Shown here piece after piece: positions 8,789-16,831 of a stretch of 33,857 bases of DNA. Below the pieces are notes generated by a model, which worked only from the letters and a program-made list of their open reading frames with translations, did not search any database and was not told the origin of the DNA. This DNA comes from Streptosporangiaceae bacterium (GTDB lineage: Bacteria; Actinomycetota; Actinomycetes; Streptosporangiales; Streptosporangiaceae): the NCBI GenBank assembly GCA_049676235.1, contig JBAUAY010000389.1, positions 1 through 33,857 on the forward strand, in the 5' to 3' direction. Positions within the stretch are counted from its first letter, which is position 1. Each line of letters starts with the position of its first letter. Made by a program: the position numbers and the translations under genes.

Positions 8789-9168
8789 CCCTGCCCAACA
8801 CGGCCGAAGTCTTCGAGTATGCGCTGGTCCGCGTGGTCCCCCGGGTCGAGCGGGGCGAGGCCATCAACGCCGGGGTGATCGTCTATGCGCAGACCTTCCG
8901 GTACTTGTGCGCCCGGATCGAGCTTGATGAGTCCCGGTTGCTCGCCCTCGATCCGGCGGCGGACCTGGACGGGGTGCGGGCCGGGCTGTCGGCGTTCGAG
9001 AAGGCCTGCACCGAGGGCCCGCTGGCCGGCCGGCCGCTCGGCGAGCGGTTCCGCTGGCTCACGGCGCCCAGGTCGACCATCGTCCAGCCCGGTCCGGTGC
9101 ACAGCGGCCTCACCGCCGACCCGGCCGCCGAGCTGACCCACCTCTTCGAGACCCTGGTGCGAATTTGA
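8785..9168 (+). CDS. DUF3037 domain-containing protein
   Basis: This is the last 127 codons of track ORF 7642..9168. MTLPNTAEVFEYALVRVVPRVERGEAINAGVIVY matches the remembered DUF3037 N-terminal signature (Y..lrfvP...rgEf.NvGvi). ATG 8785 overlaps the upstream stop by 4 bp. Confidence 0.78.
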   Translation: MTLPNTAEVFEYALVRVVPRVERGEAINAGVIVYAQTFRYLCARIELDESRLLALDPAADLDGVRAGLSAFEKACTEGPLAGRPLGERFRWLTAPRSTIVQPGPVHSGLTADPAAELTHLFETLVRI

Positions 9169-9965
9169 CCTCCGAGAGCTTTGACCCCGTCGCGTATAAC
9201 CGCGCTGCCTGGGACCGCGAGGTGGACCAGGAAAACGAATGGACCCGGCCTGTCGGGCCCGATGTCATCGCCCGGGCCCGGGCCGGTGACTGGTCGGTGG
9301 TCCTCATCGGCTATGAGCCCGTACCCCGCGACTGGTTTCCCGCTGACCTGGCGGGGACCTCAGTGCTCTGCCTCGCCTCGGGCGGCGGGCAGCAGGGGCC
9401 CGTTCTCGCCGCCGCGGGCGCGAACGTGACCGTGTTCGACAACTCACCCAGGCAACTCGGCCGCGACGAGGAGGTGGCCGCCCGGGACGGCCTGGACCCC
9501 AAGGCCATGACGACCGTGCTCGGTGACATGCGGGATCTGGGTGCCTTCGCCGATGGCCGCTTCGACCTCATCTTCAACCCTGTGTCGAACCTGTTCTGCC
9601 CGGACCTGGCTCCCTTGTGGCGGGAGTGCTTCCGCGTCCTGCGCCCGGCGGGGATATTGCTGGCGGGATTCATGAACCCGGATTTGTACATCTTCGACAT
9701 CGAGGCGCTCGATACGAGACAGGAGTTCGTCGTACGCCACCGGATTCCCTTTTCCACTGCAGAACTGCCCGACGCCGAACGCCGGCGGATCTACGACGAT
9801 GGCCCGATTGAGTACAGCCACACGCTGACGGAGCAGATCGGCGGCCAGCTGGCGGCTGGCTTCACCCTGACTCACCTGGTCGAGGCACCGCACCACGCCG
9901 ACGCCACGGCCCAGTACATGCCCGGATACTTCGCCACCCGTGCCGTCAAGCCATCCGGCGGCTAA
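9165..9965 (+). CDS. class I SAM-dependent methyltransferase
   Basis: Motif I reads VLCLASGGGQQGPVLAAAGANVTVFDNS, and the post-I/II motifs read FDLIFNPVSNLF and LRPAGILL. The TTG start at 9165 overlaps the DUF3037 stop as TTGA. Confidence 0.85.
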   Translation: MTSESFDPVAYNRAAWDREVDQENEWTRPVGPDVIARARAGDWSVVLIGYEPVPRDWFPADLAGTSVLCLASGGGQQGPVLAAAGANVTVFDNSPRQLGRDEEVAARDGLDPKAMTTVLGDMRDLGAFADGRFDLIFNPVSNLFCPDLAPLWRECFRVLRPAGILLAGFMNPDLYIFDIEALDTRQEFVVRHRIPFSTAELPDAERRRIYDDGPIEYSHTLTEQIGGQLAAGFTLTHLVEAPHHADATAQYMPGYFATRAVKPSGG

Positions 9966-10172
9966 GAGAAGACGCCGCGCCCGCTGCCAAGATGGCCGCC
10001 GGTGCGCTGGCCTTCAGGCCGGCCGGACTGGCGGTGACAGCCTGCAGAGCGCAGGAAAGACCAGGGGCTTGCCCTGGCGCAGCGCGGCGAAGCAGGAACC
10101 CGCCCGAAGCCACGCCACGAAGCGGCGTGACAGGCGGGAACCTCCGCCCTTCACTTCACGGCGGAGTGGAAG

Positions 10173-11003
10173 TCAATCCCCGTTGAGTTCGGCGATCGCC
10201 GCCTCGTAGCGGTCGAGCGCGCGCTCTACTGGCCCGCGCGGAGCCGAGGGCAGCCAGTGCACCGCCCGCCGGAACCCGGCCGCCGCATAAGACTCCAGCA
10301 CCTTAGCGTCAGCCGGAACCCCCATGACCATCAACCCGACCGGCCGGTCCGCACGTGAGCGCAGTTCCGCGGCCCGGTCCAAGATGCCGCTCGGGGCATG
10401 GTTCGGGAACCACGCGTCCCCGAACGACAGCACCCGGTCAAGCACGCCCGGCCCGTTACCGCCCACCAGCACCGGCGGGTAGGGCCGCTGCGCGGGCTTC
10501 GGCCAGGACCAGATCCGTTCGAACGAGGCGTACTCGCCCGCGTAGCTCGCCTCGTCAGACGTCCAGATCTCCTTCATGGCCTCGACCCGTTCCCGCAGCA
10601 GATCCATCCGCCGCCGCGGGTCGGTGCCGTGGTTGGCCATCTCCTCCCGGTTCCAGCCCGCGCCGACGCCGAACTCGAACCGCCCGCCAGACAGGTAGTC
10701 CACGCTGGCCACCTCCTTGGCGGTGATGATCGGATCCCGCTCGACGACCAGGCAGATGCCCGAGCCGACCCGCAGCCGCGTGGTCACGGTCAGCGCGGCG
10801 GTGACCGCCACGAACAGATCGAAGGTGTGCGCGTACTTGCGCGGCAGCTCGCGGCCGCCGGGCCACGGCGACTGGCGGTCGGCCGGGATGTGCGTGTGCT
10901 CGGGGAAGAACAGCGACTCGTGCCCGCGCTCCTCGGCCAGCCGCGCCATCTCCGCGGGCGTGATGGCATCGTGGGTCGGGAAGATCGCTACACCGGTATC
11001 CAT
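10173..11003 (-). CDS. LLM-class F420-dependent oxidoreductase (luciferase-like monooxygenase family)
   Basis: MDTGVAIFPTHDAITPAEMARLAEERGHESLFFPEHTHIP is a typical LLM N-terminus. The ORF track extends to GTG 11045, which overlaps the upstream HAD stop as GTGA, so 11045 is an alternative start. Confidence 0.85.
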   Translation of the reverse strand: MDTGVAIFPTHDAITPAEMARLAEERGHESLFFPEHTHIPADRQSPWPGGRELPRKYAHTFDLFVAVTAALTVTTRLRVGSGICLVVERDPIITAKEVASVDYLSGGRFEFGVGAGWNREEMANHGTDPRRRMDLLRERVEAMKEIWTSDEASYAGEYASFERIWSWPKPAQRPYPPVLVGGNGPGVLDRVLSFGDAWFPNHAPSGILDRAAELRSRADRPVGLMVMGVPADAKVLESYAAAGFRRAVHWLPSAPRGPVERALDRYEAAIAELNGD

Positions 11004-11041
11004 GTAGCCAAGCCTAGGCAGGACAAGCTCCGGCCCCAGGA

Positions 11042-11701
11042 TCACCCCGGGAACATGGCCTCGACTTCCGGCAGCGACCGAACCATTCTGGTTCCCGCCG
11101 CCGGCACCTTCCCGTCAAGCTCGCCCCGGACGATCTGTACCGTGCTGATGCCCACGGCTACGCTGCCCGCGCAGTAACCCGGCTGGTCGTCGACAAAAAG
11201 GGCGGCCTCCGCGGTCACCTCCAGCCGGTCAAGCGCGCACCGGAAGATCGCCGCCGCCGGCTTGGCCGCGCCCACCTCACACGACAGGACCAGGGCGTCG
11301 GCAAGCACGTCCACCCCGAGCGATACCAGCAACGGGCGCGTGTTCTCGGTGCAGTTGCTGACGACCGCGATCTTGATGCCGCGGGCCCGGAGCCTGTCGA
11401 GGGACGGGATCACGTCGTCGTACAGGCGTGCGTTCGCGAACAGCAGTTCGGCATCCCGGCGCACCATCTCGGCGACCAGGCCGGCGTGCGCCTGCTGGCC
11501 GGACGCCCGCAGGATCTGGCCGAACGCTTCGGTCTTCGACATCCGCCCGTCGGTCAGCAAGGCCCCGAGCCGGCCGTACTCCGCGTCCCAGACGTCCGCC
11601 GGGATGCCGGCCAGCGTCGGCACTTCCCGCTTGAGTACCGAGAAGTCGCAGGTCACAATGGTGTCGTAGGCGTCCACGAGGCATGCTTCGAGCCGGGCCA
11701 C
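11042..11701 (-). CDS. HAD-family hydrolase (haloacid dehalogenase-like subfamily)
   Basis: Motif I is LVDAYDTIV (DAYxT type), and motif IV is ALFVDDQPGY. The track ORF starts at 11806 but would then overlap the upstream AKR gene by 41 nt. GTG 11701 (VARLEACLVDAYDT) fits the family N-terminus. Confidence 0.75.
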   Translation of the reverse strand: MARLEACLVDAYDTIVTCDFSVLKREVPTLAGIPADVWDAEYGRLGALLTDGRMSKTEAFGQILRASGQQAHAGLVAEMVRRDAELLFANARLYDDVIPSLDRLRARGIKIAVVSNCTENTRPLLVSLGVDVLADALVLSCEVGAAKPAAAIFRCALDRLEVTAEAALFVDDQPGYCAGSVAVGISTVQIVRGELDGKVPAAGTRMVRSLPEVEAMFPG

Positions 11702-11765
11702 ACGATCAGCGTACGGGCCATTGCCCGCGATCGCGCACACCGGTCCTGGCCGCCAGGTCAGCTCG

Positions 11766-12731
11766 TCAGCGCCGCACGCCGATCGCGGCGAGGCGATCGC
11801 GCTCATCTGGCATCAATTGGTCAGCTATGGCGAGAGCTTGCAGGTTGGCGCTGACCTGCTCTGGACGTGTCGCGCCGAACAAGACGGTGGTTACCGACGG
11901 GTTGAGCAGCGCGAAAGCCATTGCGAGGCTGGCCGGGTCCGTATCGACGTCTCGGGCCAGGGCGGCCAGATCCCGGCCCGCCGCCACCGCGGGCGCCACC
12001 CGCGGCTGGTCGAGCATTCCTGCCGCGCGGCCCGCGCCGGGATCCTGATCGTACTTGCCGGTCAGGACGCCGCCCGCCAGCGTGTAAGACGCCACGATCG
12101 CGACGTTACGGGCCGCCGCCAGGCGCTGCATGCCTGGATCTTCGACGATATCCCGCTGCACCAGGCTGTAAGGCGGTTGCGTCGCCGCCGGGCCGGGGAC
12201 GCCCTCGCGGTCGGCGATCTGCCATGCCCGTTCCATCTGCTCCGGGGTCCAGTTCAGCGTTCCCCACGCCCGGGCGGTACCGGCGCGGATCAGCCCGGTG
12301 ATCATGCCGATCGCGTCTTCCAACGCGACGCCGGCCGGCGGCACCTCGGCGTAGATCAGGTCGATGTAGTCGAGGCGCATCCGGGCGAGCGAGCCGGCCA
12401 GTTCCTCGGCTGGTGATTCATCCGGCCAGAACTCCCACCACAGCTTGTTGGACACGATCGTGTCTTCCCGGCGCCAGCCCGCGGCACGGAACAACTCGCC
12501 GAAGACCACTTCCGAGTACCCCGTGGGAATGGGCGCGCGCCCGGTTTCATCGTTATAGCGGGCGTCGTCAAGAAAGGTGATGCCGGCCTCGCGTGCGGTC
12601 TGCATGACGCGGATTCCCTGGTCGCGGCTGATCCGCTCGTAGGTCCGCCAAGATCCGAGCGCCAGGCGGCTGACCGGGATGCCGCTGCTGCCCAGGGACA
12701 CTGTTGGCACGGAGGGCAAGCTCACGCCCAT
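11766..12731 (-). CDS. aldo/keto reductase
   Basis: MGVSLPSVPTVSLGSSGIPVSRLALGSW...ITFLDDARY...RLDYIDLIY is a typical AKR layout. ATG 12731 is preferred over the track start at 12788. Confidence 0.85.
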   Translation of the reverse strand: MGVSLPSVPTVSLGSSGIPVSRLALGSWRTYERISRDQGIRVMQTAREAGITFLDDARYNDETGRAPIPTGYSEVVFGELFRAAGWRREDTIVSNKLWWEFWPDESPAEELAGSLARMRLDYIDLIYAEVPPAGVALEDAIGMITGLIRAGTARAWGTLNWTPEQMERAWQIADREGVPGPAATQPPYSLVQRDIVEDPGMQRLAAARNVAIVASYTLAGGVLTGKYDQDPGAGRAAGMLDQPRVAPAVAAGRDLAALARDVDTDPASLAMAFALLNPSVTTVLFGATRPEQVSANLQALAIADQLMPDERDRLAAIGVRR

Positions 12732-12800
12732 AGCGTAGTCGGCCTGGGCGCTGCGCCCCTCTCTCGACCGGATCACCGCCGAACCCAACTCCGATAGCCT

Positions 12801-12812
12801 GGTTTACCGGTA
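12801..12812. promoter_or_regulatory. second copy of GGTTTACCGGTA (core palindrome TACCGGTA)
   Basis: Read directly in the 160-bp divergent intergenic region between the AKR (start 12731) and the P450 (start 12892). It is identical to the 12-mer at 634..645. Confidence 0.25.
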
Positions 12813-12891
12813 CGCCAGCACCGGACGCCCTAGCCAGACCCCGATGGGCCATGGTGAAGTAAGGAACAGGTTCTAGGGGAAGGCGCCGGGG

Positions 12892-14142
12892 ATGACTGCT
12901 ACCGGGATGGACGGGATAGACCTGTCGGCCAACGAGTTCTGGGGCCTGCCGCTCGCCGAACGGGCGGCTGCCTTTGCCCAGCTGCGCACCGAGCCGCATC
13001 CGCGGTTCTTCGCCGAGCCCGAGGCTCCGTTCGCCGAACCGGGGCCGGGCTACTACGCCCTGGTCCGGCACGCCGATGTGGTCGAGGCGAGTAAGCACGC
13101 CGACGTGTTCTCCTCGGCGGCGGGTGCGACCAGCATCACGGACCTGCCGCTCGAGTTCAACGAGTACTTCGGGTCGATGATCAATATGGACGACCCCAGG
13201 CACGCCCGGCTGCGACGGATCGTCTCCCGGGCGTTCAGCCCGCGGCTGATCGCCAAGTTCGAAGATGACGTGCGGCGTGTGGCTGCGGCCAGCGTCGACG
13301 ACCTGCTGGCCACCGGGCCGTGCGACTACGTGCCGAACGTCGCGGCCAAGCTGCCGCTCAAGATCATCTGCGACATGATGGGCATCCCGGATGATCAGTA
13401 CGACATGGTCCTGGCCAACACCAACATCATCTTGTCCGGGGCCGACCCTGAGTTCATCAGCCAGGATCCCGACCAGGTAGTGCTCCAGATCCTCGGCGCC
13501 GGGCAGGCGCTCGCCGATCTGCTGACCGGCTTGGCCGCCGCCCGCGCCGAGACGCCCGCCGAGGACCTGGTCTCGGCCCTGGTGACCGCGAACATCGACG
13601 GGGAGCAGCTGACCACGGCCGAGCTCGCTTCGTTTTTCATCTTGCTGGTGGTGGCGGGCAACGAGACCACCCGCAACGCGCTCTCGCATGCGCTGATGCT
13701 GTTCACCGAGTTCCCCGAGCAGCGCGCGCTGCTCCTCGCGGACCTGGAGAACCGGCTCCCCGGCGCGGTCGAGGAGATCGTGCGCTACTCCTCGCCGGTC
13801 ATGTTCATGCGCCGGACCCTCACCCGGGACTACGTCATGAACGGGCAGGCCTACCGCAAGGACGACAAGGTGGTGCTGTTCTACTACTCGGCCAACCGGG
13901 ACGAGGCGGTGTTCGCCGATCCCGAGCGCTTCGACATCACCCGGTCGCCGAACCCGCACGTCGGATTCGGCGGCGCCGGGCCACATTACTGCCTAGGCGC
14001 CCACCTGGCCCGCCGCGAGCTCACCGTCGGCCTGCGCGAACTGCTCACCCGTGTCCCCGACATCACAGCTGGCCAGCCGGACCGCCTCCTGTCCAGCTTC
14101 ATCAACGGCGTCAAGCACTTGCCGTGCGAGTTCAGCGGCTGA
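12892..14142 (+). CDS. cytochrome P450 (CYP124/CYP125-clade-like lipid or steroid hydroxylase)
   Basis: Has the heme-binding loop FGGAGPHYCLGAHLARRE, the I-helix LLVVAGNETTRN, and EYFGSMINMDDPRHARLRRIVSRAFSPR. The last motif closely resembles my recollection of mycobacterial CYP124. Confidence 0.9.
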   Translation: MTATGMDGIDLSANEFWGLPLAERAAAFAQLRTEPHPRFFAEPEAPFAEPGPGYYALVRHADVVEASKHADVFSSAAGATSITDLPLEFNEYFGSMINMDDPRHARLRRIVSRAFSPRLIAKFEDDVRRVAAASVDDLLATGPCDYVPNVAAKLPLKIICDMMGIPDDQYDMVLANTNIILSGADPEFISQDPDQVVLQILGAGQALADLLTGLAAARAETPAEDLVSALVTANIDGEQLTTAELASFFILLVVAGNETTRNALSHALMLFTEFPEQRALLLADLENRLPGAVEEIVRYSSPVMFMRRTLTRDYVMNGQAYRKDDKVVLFYYSANRDEAVFADPERFDITRSPNPHVGFGGAGPHYCLGAHLARRELTVGLRELLTRVPDITAGQPDRLLSSFINGVKHLPCEFSG

Positions 14143-14160
14143 GCCAGTAGCTGATCTGAC

Positions 14161-14637
14161 TCAGTCGGTCAAGCCCCGGATCAGGTCGGCGAGCCCGGCG
14201 GGCCAGATAACCTCATCGGTGGCATCCATCTCCGCCAGCGTCCACCAGTGCCACGCCGCGATCCCGTCCGAGACGTGCATGGCAGCCACCTCGCCGAGCT
14301 CGCGGCGGGCTACCGCGACCCGCGCCAGGAACAACCGCTCATGCTGCCGGACGATCGCGCCCGCGTACTCCATGGTCCGCGTCCACTGGTACACCTCGTC
14401 GCCGAGGACCACGTCAGTCCAGCCGGTCTCCTCGGCCAGTTCCCGCCGCGCCCCCGCCGCGTAGTCCTCTCCGTCATCCAGCCCGCCGCCCGGCGTGCAC
14501 CAGTGCCGCCCGTTAGGTGGCACGTCGTCGTACCGGAACAGCAGCACCCGGCCGTCCAGGTCGAGCACGATCACCCGGCCCGCCCGCCGCAACCGCAGCC
14601 GTGACGCGTCTGCGCCGCGGCCGCCGCTTTCCTCCAT
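14161..14637 (-). CDS. NUDIX hydrolase
   Basis: Contains the Nudix box GGGLDDGEDYAAGARRELAEETG. ATG 14637 (MEESGG...) is preferred, and the track start at 14706 is an alternative. Confidence 0.85.
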   Translation of the reverse strand: MEESGGRGADASRLRLRRAGRVIVLDLDGRVLLFRYDDVPPNGRHWCTPGGGLDDGEDYAAGARRELAEETGWTDVVLGDEVYQWTRTMEYAGAIVRQHERLFLARVAVARRELGEVAAMHVSDGIAAWHWWTLAEMDATDEVIWPAGLADLIRGLTD

Positions 14638-14727
14638 AAGCTCATTGTCCCCGGGCTGGCCGGGCAATGCGGTTGGTACGACAAGCGGGAACAGGAATGT
14701 CGGCACCCGCCCCTACCATGGTCCACC

Positions 14728-16200
14728 GTGGCAGATATAAGCCTCACGGCCGGCGTGGTGAGCTTTGACGAGGTCGCCTGGCTGCGCGATAACAGTCCCG
14801 CGTGGCGGCTGCTGCGTGCCGACCACGCGCCGCTGGTGCTCAGCTTCCTGCATCAGGTGTTCGTCACCGAGAACGTCCGGTCGATCCCGGCCGCCGAACT
14901 GGCCAGCCGTCTGGACGATGCGCTGTACGCACTCAACGAGCGCGGCGGCGAGCCGAAGAAGTATCCCAGGCCGGCGAAGGCGTACCTGGACGATTGGGCC
15001 GCGCCGGAGGCCGGCTGGCTGCGCAAGTATTACCCGGAAGGCACCGACGAACCCCATGTCGACGCCACTCCTGCGGTGGAGAAGGCGCTGCAGTGGGTCG
15101 GCAGCCTGAAAGAACGTGAGTTCGTCGGGACCGAGTCGCGGCTCAACACGATCATCGACCTGCTTCGGCAGATCGTCTTTGGCACCGAGCCCGACCCGGA
15201 ACAGCGGATCGCCGAGCTGCGCCGGCAGCGCCAGGAGATTGACGATCAGATCGCCCGCATCGGTGCCGGCGAGCTCGATCTGCTCGACGCCAGCGCGGTC
15301 CGCGACCGTTACCAGCAGTTCTCCGCTACCGCGCGGGAGCTCCTCGCCGATTTCCGCGAGGTGGAGGAGAACTTCAGGAAGCTGGACAGGCAGCTGCGCG
15401 AGAAGATCACCGGCTGGCACGGCGGTAAGGGCGAACTGCTCGATGACGTACTCGGCAGCCGGGAGACAATCGCGGGCTCGGACCAGGGCAAGTCTTTCCA
15501 GGCGTTTTATGACTTCCTGCTGTCGCAGGCGCGGCAAGAGGAGCTGAGCGGCCTGCTGGACAGCGTGCACCAGCTGACGGAGATCAACGGGAGAGATCAG
15601 AGGCTGCGGCATATTCACTACGACTGGCTCGATGCGGCCGAGCGGACCCAGGCGACGGTGCGCCAGTTGTCCGAGCAGCTCCGGCGGTTTCTCGATGACC
15701 AGGTGTGGTTCGAGAACCGCCGGGTGATTGACATCCTGCGCGACATCGAGTCGCACGCACTGGAATTCCGCGAGCTACGAGATGTCCCCGTTTCAATGGA
15801 ACTTGACGCTGCCGTACCGGCCATCCGGCTGCCCATGGAGCGCCCGCTGTACGCTCCAGTGCGAAAGGCGCGCATCGACAGCCAGAACGTTCGGCCCGCC
15901 GACGAGGAAACCGACCCGGCTGCTCTGTTCGAGCAGGTTTACGTGGATCCGGAGCAGCTGCGCGGCTGCGTCAGGCAGGCGCTCCGCCGCGCTCCGCAGG
16001 TCGGTCTGGCCCAGCTCGTGGCCGACTACCCCATCAGGCAGGGCGTCGCGGAGCTCGTCACGTACCTGTCCCTGAAGGACGGCACGTTCGAGCTCGTCTT
16101 CGACGAGCGCCATGATGAGCAGGTGCGCTGGCAGGAGGCGGACGGCCGGGAACGGAAGGTGACCATGCCGCGCGTCACGTTCGTCAGGAGCTCCGGATGA
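14728..16200 (+). CDS. jetA: Wadjet JetA (DUF3375; MksF/kleisin-like subunit)
   Basis: 490 aa. PAWRLLRADHAPLVLSFLHQVFVTENVRSIPAAELASRLDDALY is the characteristic DUF3375 N-terminus. It is the first gene of a four-gene jetABCD order. Confidence 0.88.
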   Translation: MADISLTAGVVSFDEVAWLRDNSPAWRLLRADHAPLVLSFLHQVFVTENVRSIPAAELASRLDDALYALNERGGEPKKYPRPAKAYLDDWAAPEAGWLRKYYPEGTDEPHVDATPAVEKALQWVGSLKEREFVGTESRLNTIIDLLRQIVFGTEPDPEQRIAELRRQRQEIDDQIARIGAGELDLLDASAVRDRYQQFSATARELLADFREVEENFRKLDRQLREKITGWHGGKGELLDDVLGSRETIAGSDQGKSFQAFYDFLLSQARQEELSGLLDSVHQLTEINGRDQRLRHIHYDWLDAAERTQATVRQLSEQLRRFLDDQVWFENRRVIDILRDIESHALEFRELRDVPVSMELDAAVPAIRLPMERPLYAPVRKARIDSQNVRPADEETDPAALFEQVYVDPEQLRGCVRQALRRAPQVGLAQLVADYPIRQGVAELVTYLSLKDGTFELVFDERHDEQVRWQEADGRERKVTMPRVTFVRSSG

Positions 16201-16216
16201 GCGAGCGGGAGACACC

Positions 16217-16831
16217 ATGATTGAGCCGGACCTGTCGCTGACCGTCACCCAGCTGATGAAGGGCGTCGTCTACCGCGACACGCACGAGCGCGCCTGGCGG
16301 CACCTGCTCCAGCTCCAGCCGCAGGTGCGGGACTACGTGGCGGTGCTCGGGCTGCAGGTCGTGGTCGATGAGGCCGAGGGTTACGCGTTCTGCCGCCAGC
16401 GTCCCCCTGATGAGGCGCGTGACGACACCGACCCAGAGAACCCGCTGCCCCGGCTTATCCCGCGCCGTCCGCTGTCCTTTCACGTAAGCCTGCTGCTCGC
16501 ATTGCTCCGTAAGAAACTGGCCGAGTTCGACGCGCAAGGCGGCGACACCAGGCTGATGCTGAGCCGGGACCAGATCGCCGAGATGATGCGGGTATTCCTT
16601 CCGCCGACGAGCAACGAGGTCCGGCTGGCTGACAAGATTGACGCGCACATCGGCAAGGCCGTCGACCTCGGCTTTCTCCGTCCGGCCAAGAATGCCGAGC
16701 CGGTCTATGAAGTTCGCCGGATACTCAAGGCCTTCGTCGACGGCCAGTGGCTCGCCGACTTCGACACCAGGCTCGCCGAATACGCCACGCTACTAGCCGA
16801 CGAACAGGCGCGAGCGGGAGACACACCATGA
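16217..16831 (+). CDS. jetB: Wadjet JetB (DUF4194; MksE-like subunit)
   Basis: 204 aa. LMKGVVYRDTHERAWRHLLQLQPQVRDYVAVLGLQVVVDEAEGYAF is the typical DUF4194 opening. The stop overlaps the jetC ATG as ATGA. Confidence 0.88.
   Translation: MIEPDLSLTVTQLMKGVVYRDTHERAWRHLLQLQPQVRDYVAVLGLQVVVDEAEGYAFCRQRPPDEARDDTDPENPLPRLIPRRPLSFHVSLLLALLRKKLAEFDAQGGDTRLMLSRDQIAEMMRVFLPPTSNEVRLADKIDAHIGKAVDLGFLRPAKNAEPVYEVRRILKAFVDGQWLADFDTRLAEYATLLADEQARAGDTP

Noticed and set aside
7642-9168. 508-aa ORF spanning the sigma 3' end, the whole kinase gene and DUF3037.
   Set aside because: Only the last 127 codons (from ATG 8785) look like a real protein (DUF3037). The upstream 380 codons are an out-of-frame read-through of two well-supported genes.
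9966-10172. Short hairpins (CACGCC-n7-GGCGTG, GGCGG-n6-CCGCC) and 60-89-aa ORFs in the convergent intergenic region between the methyltransferase and the LLM oxidoreductase.
   Set aside because: The stems are 5-6 bp, which is expected by chance in GC-rich DNA. The ORFs are Arg/Ala/Pro-rich without an RBS. There is no tRNA-like cloverleaf.
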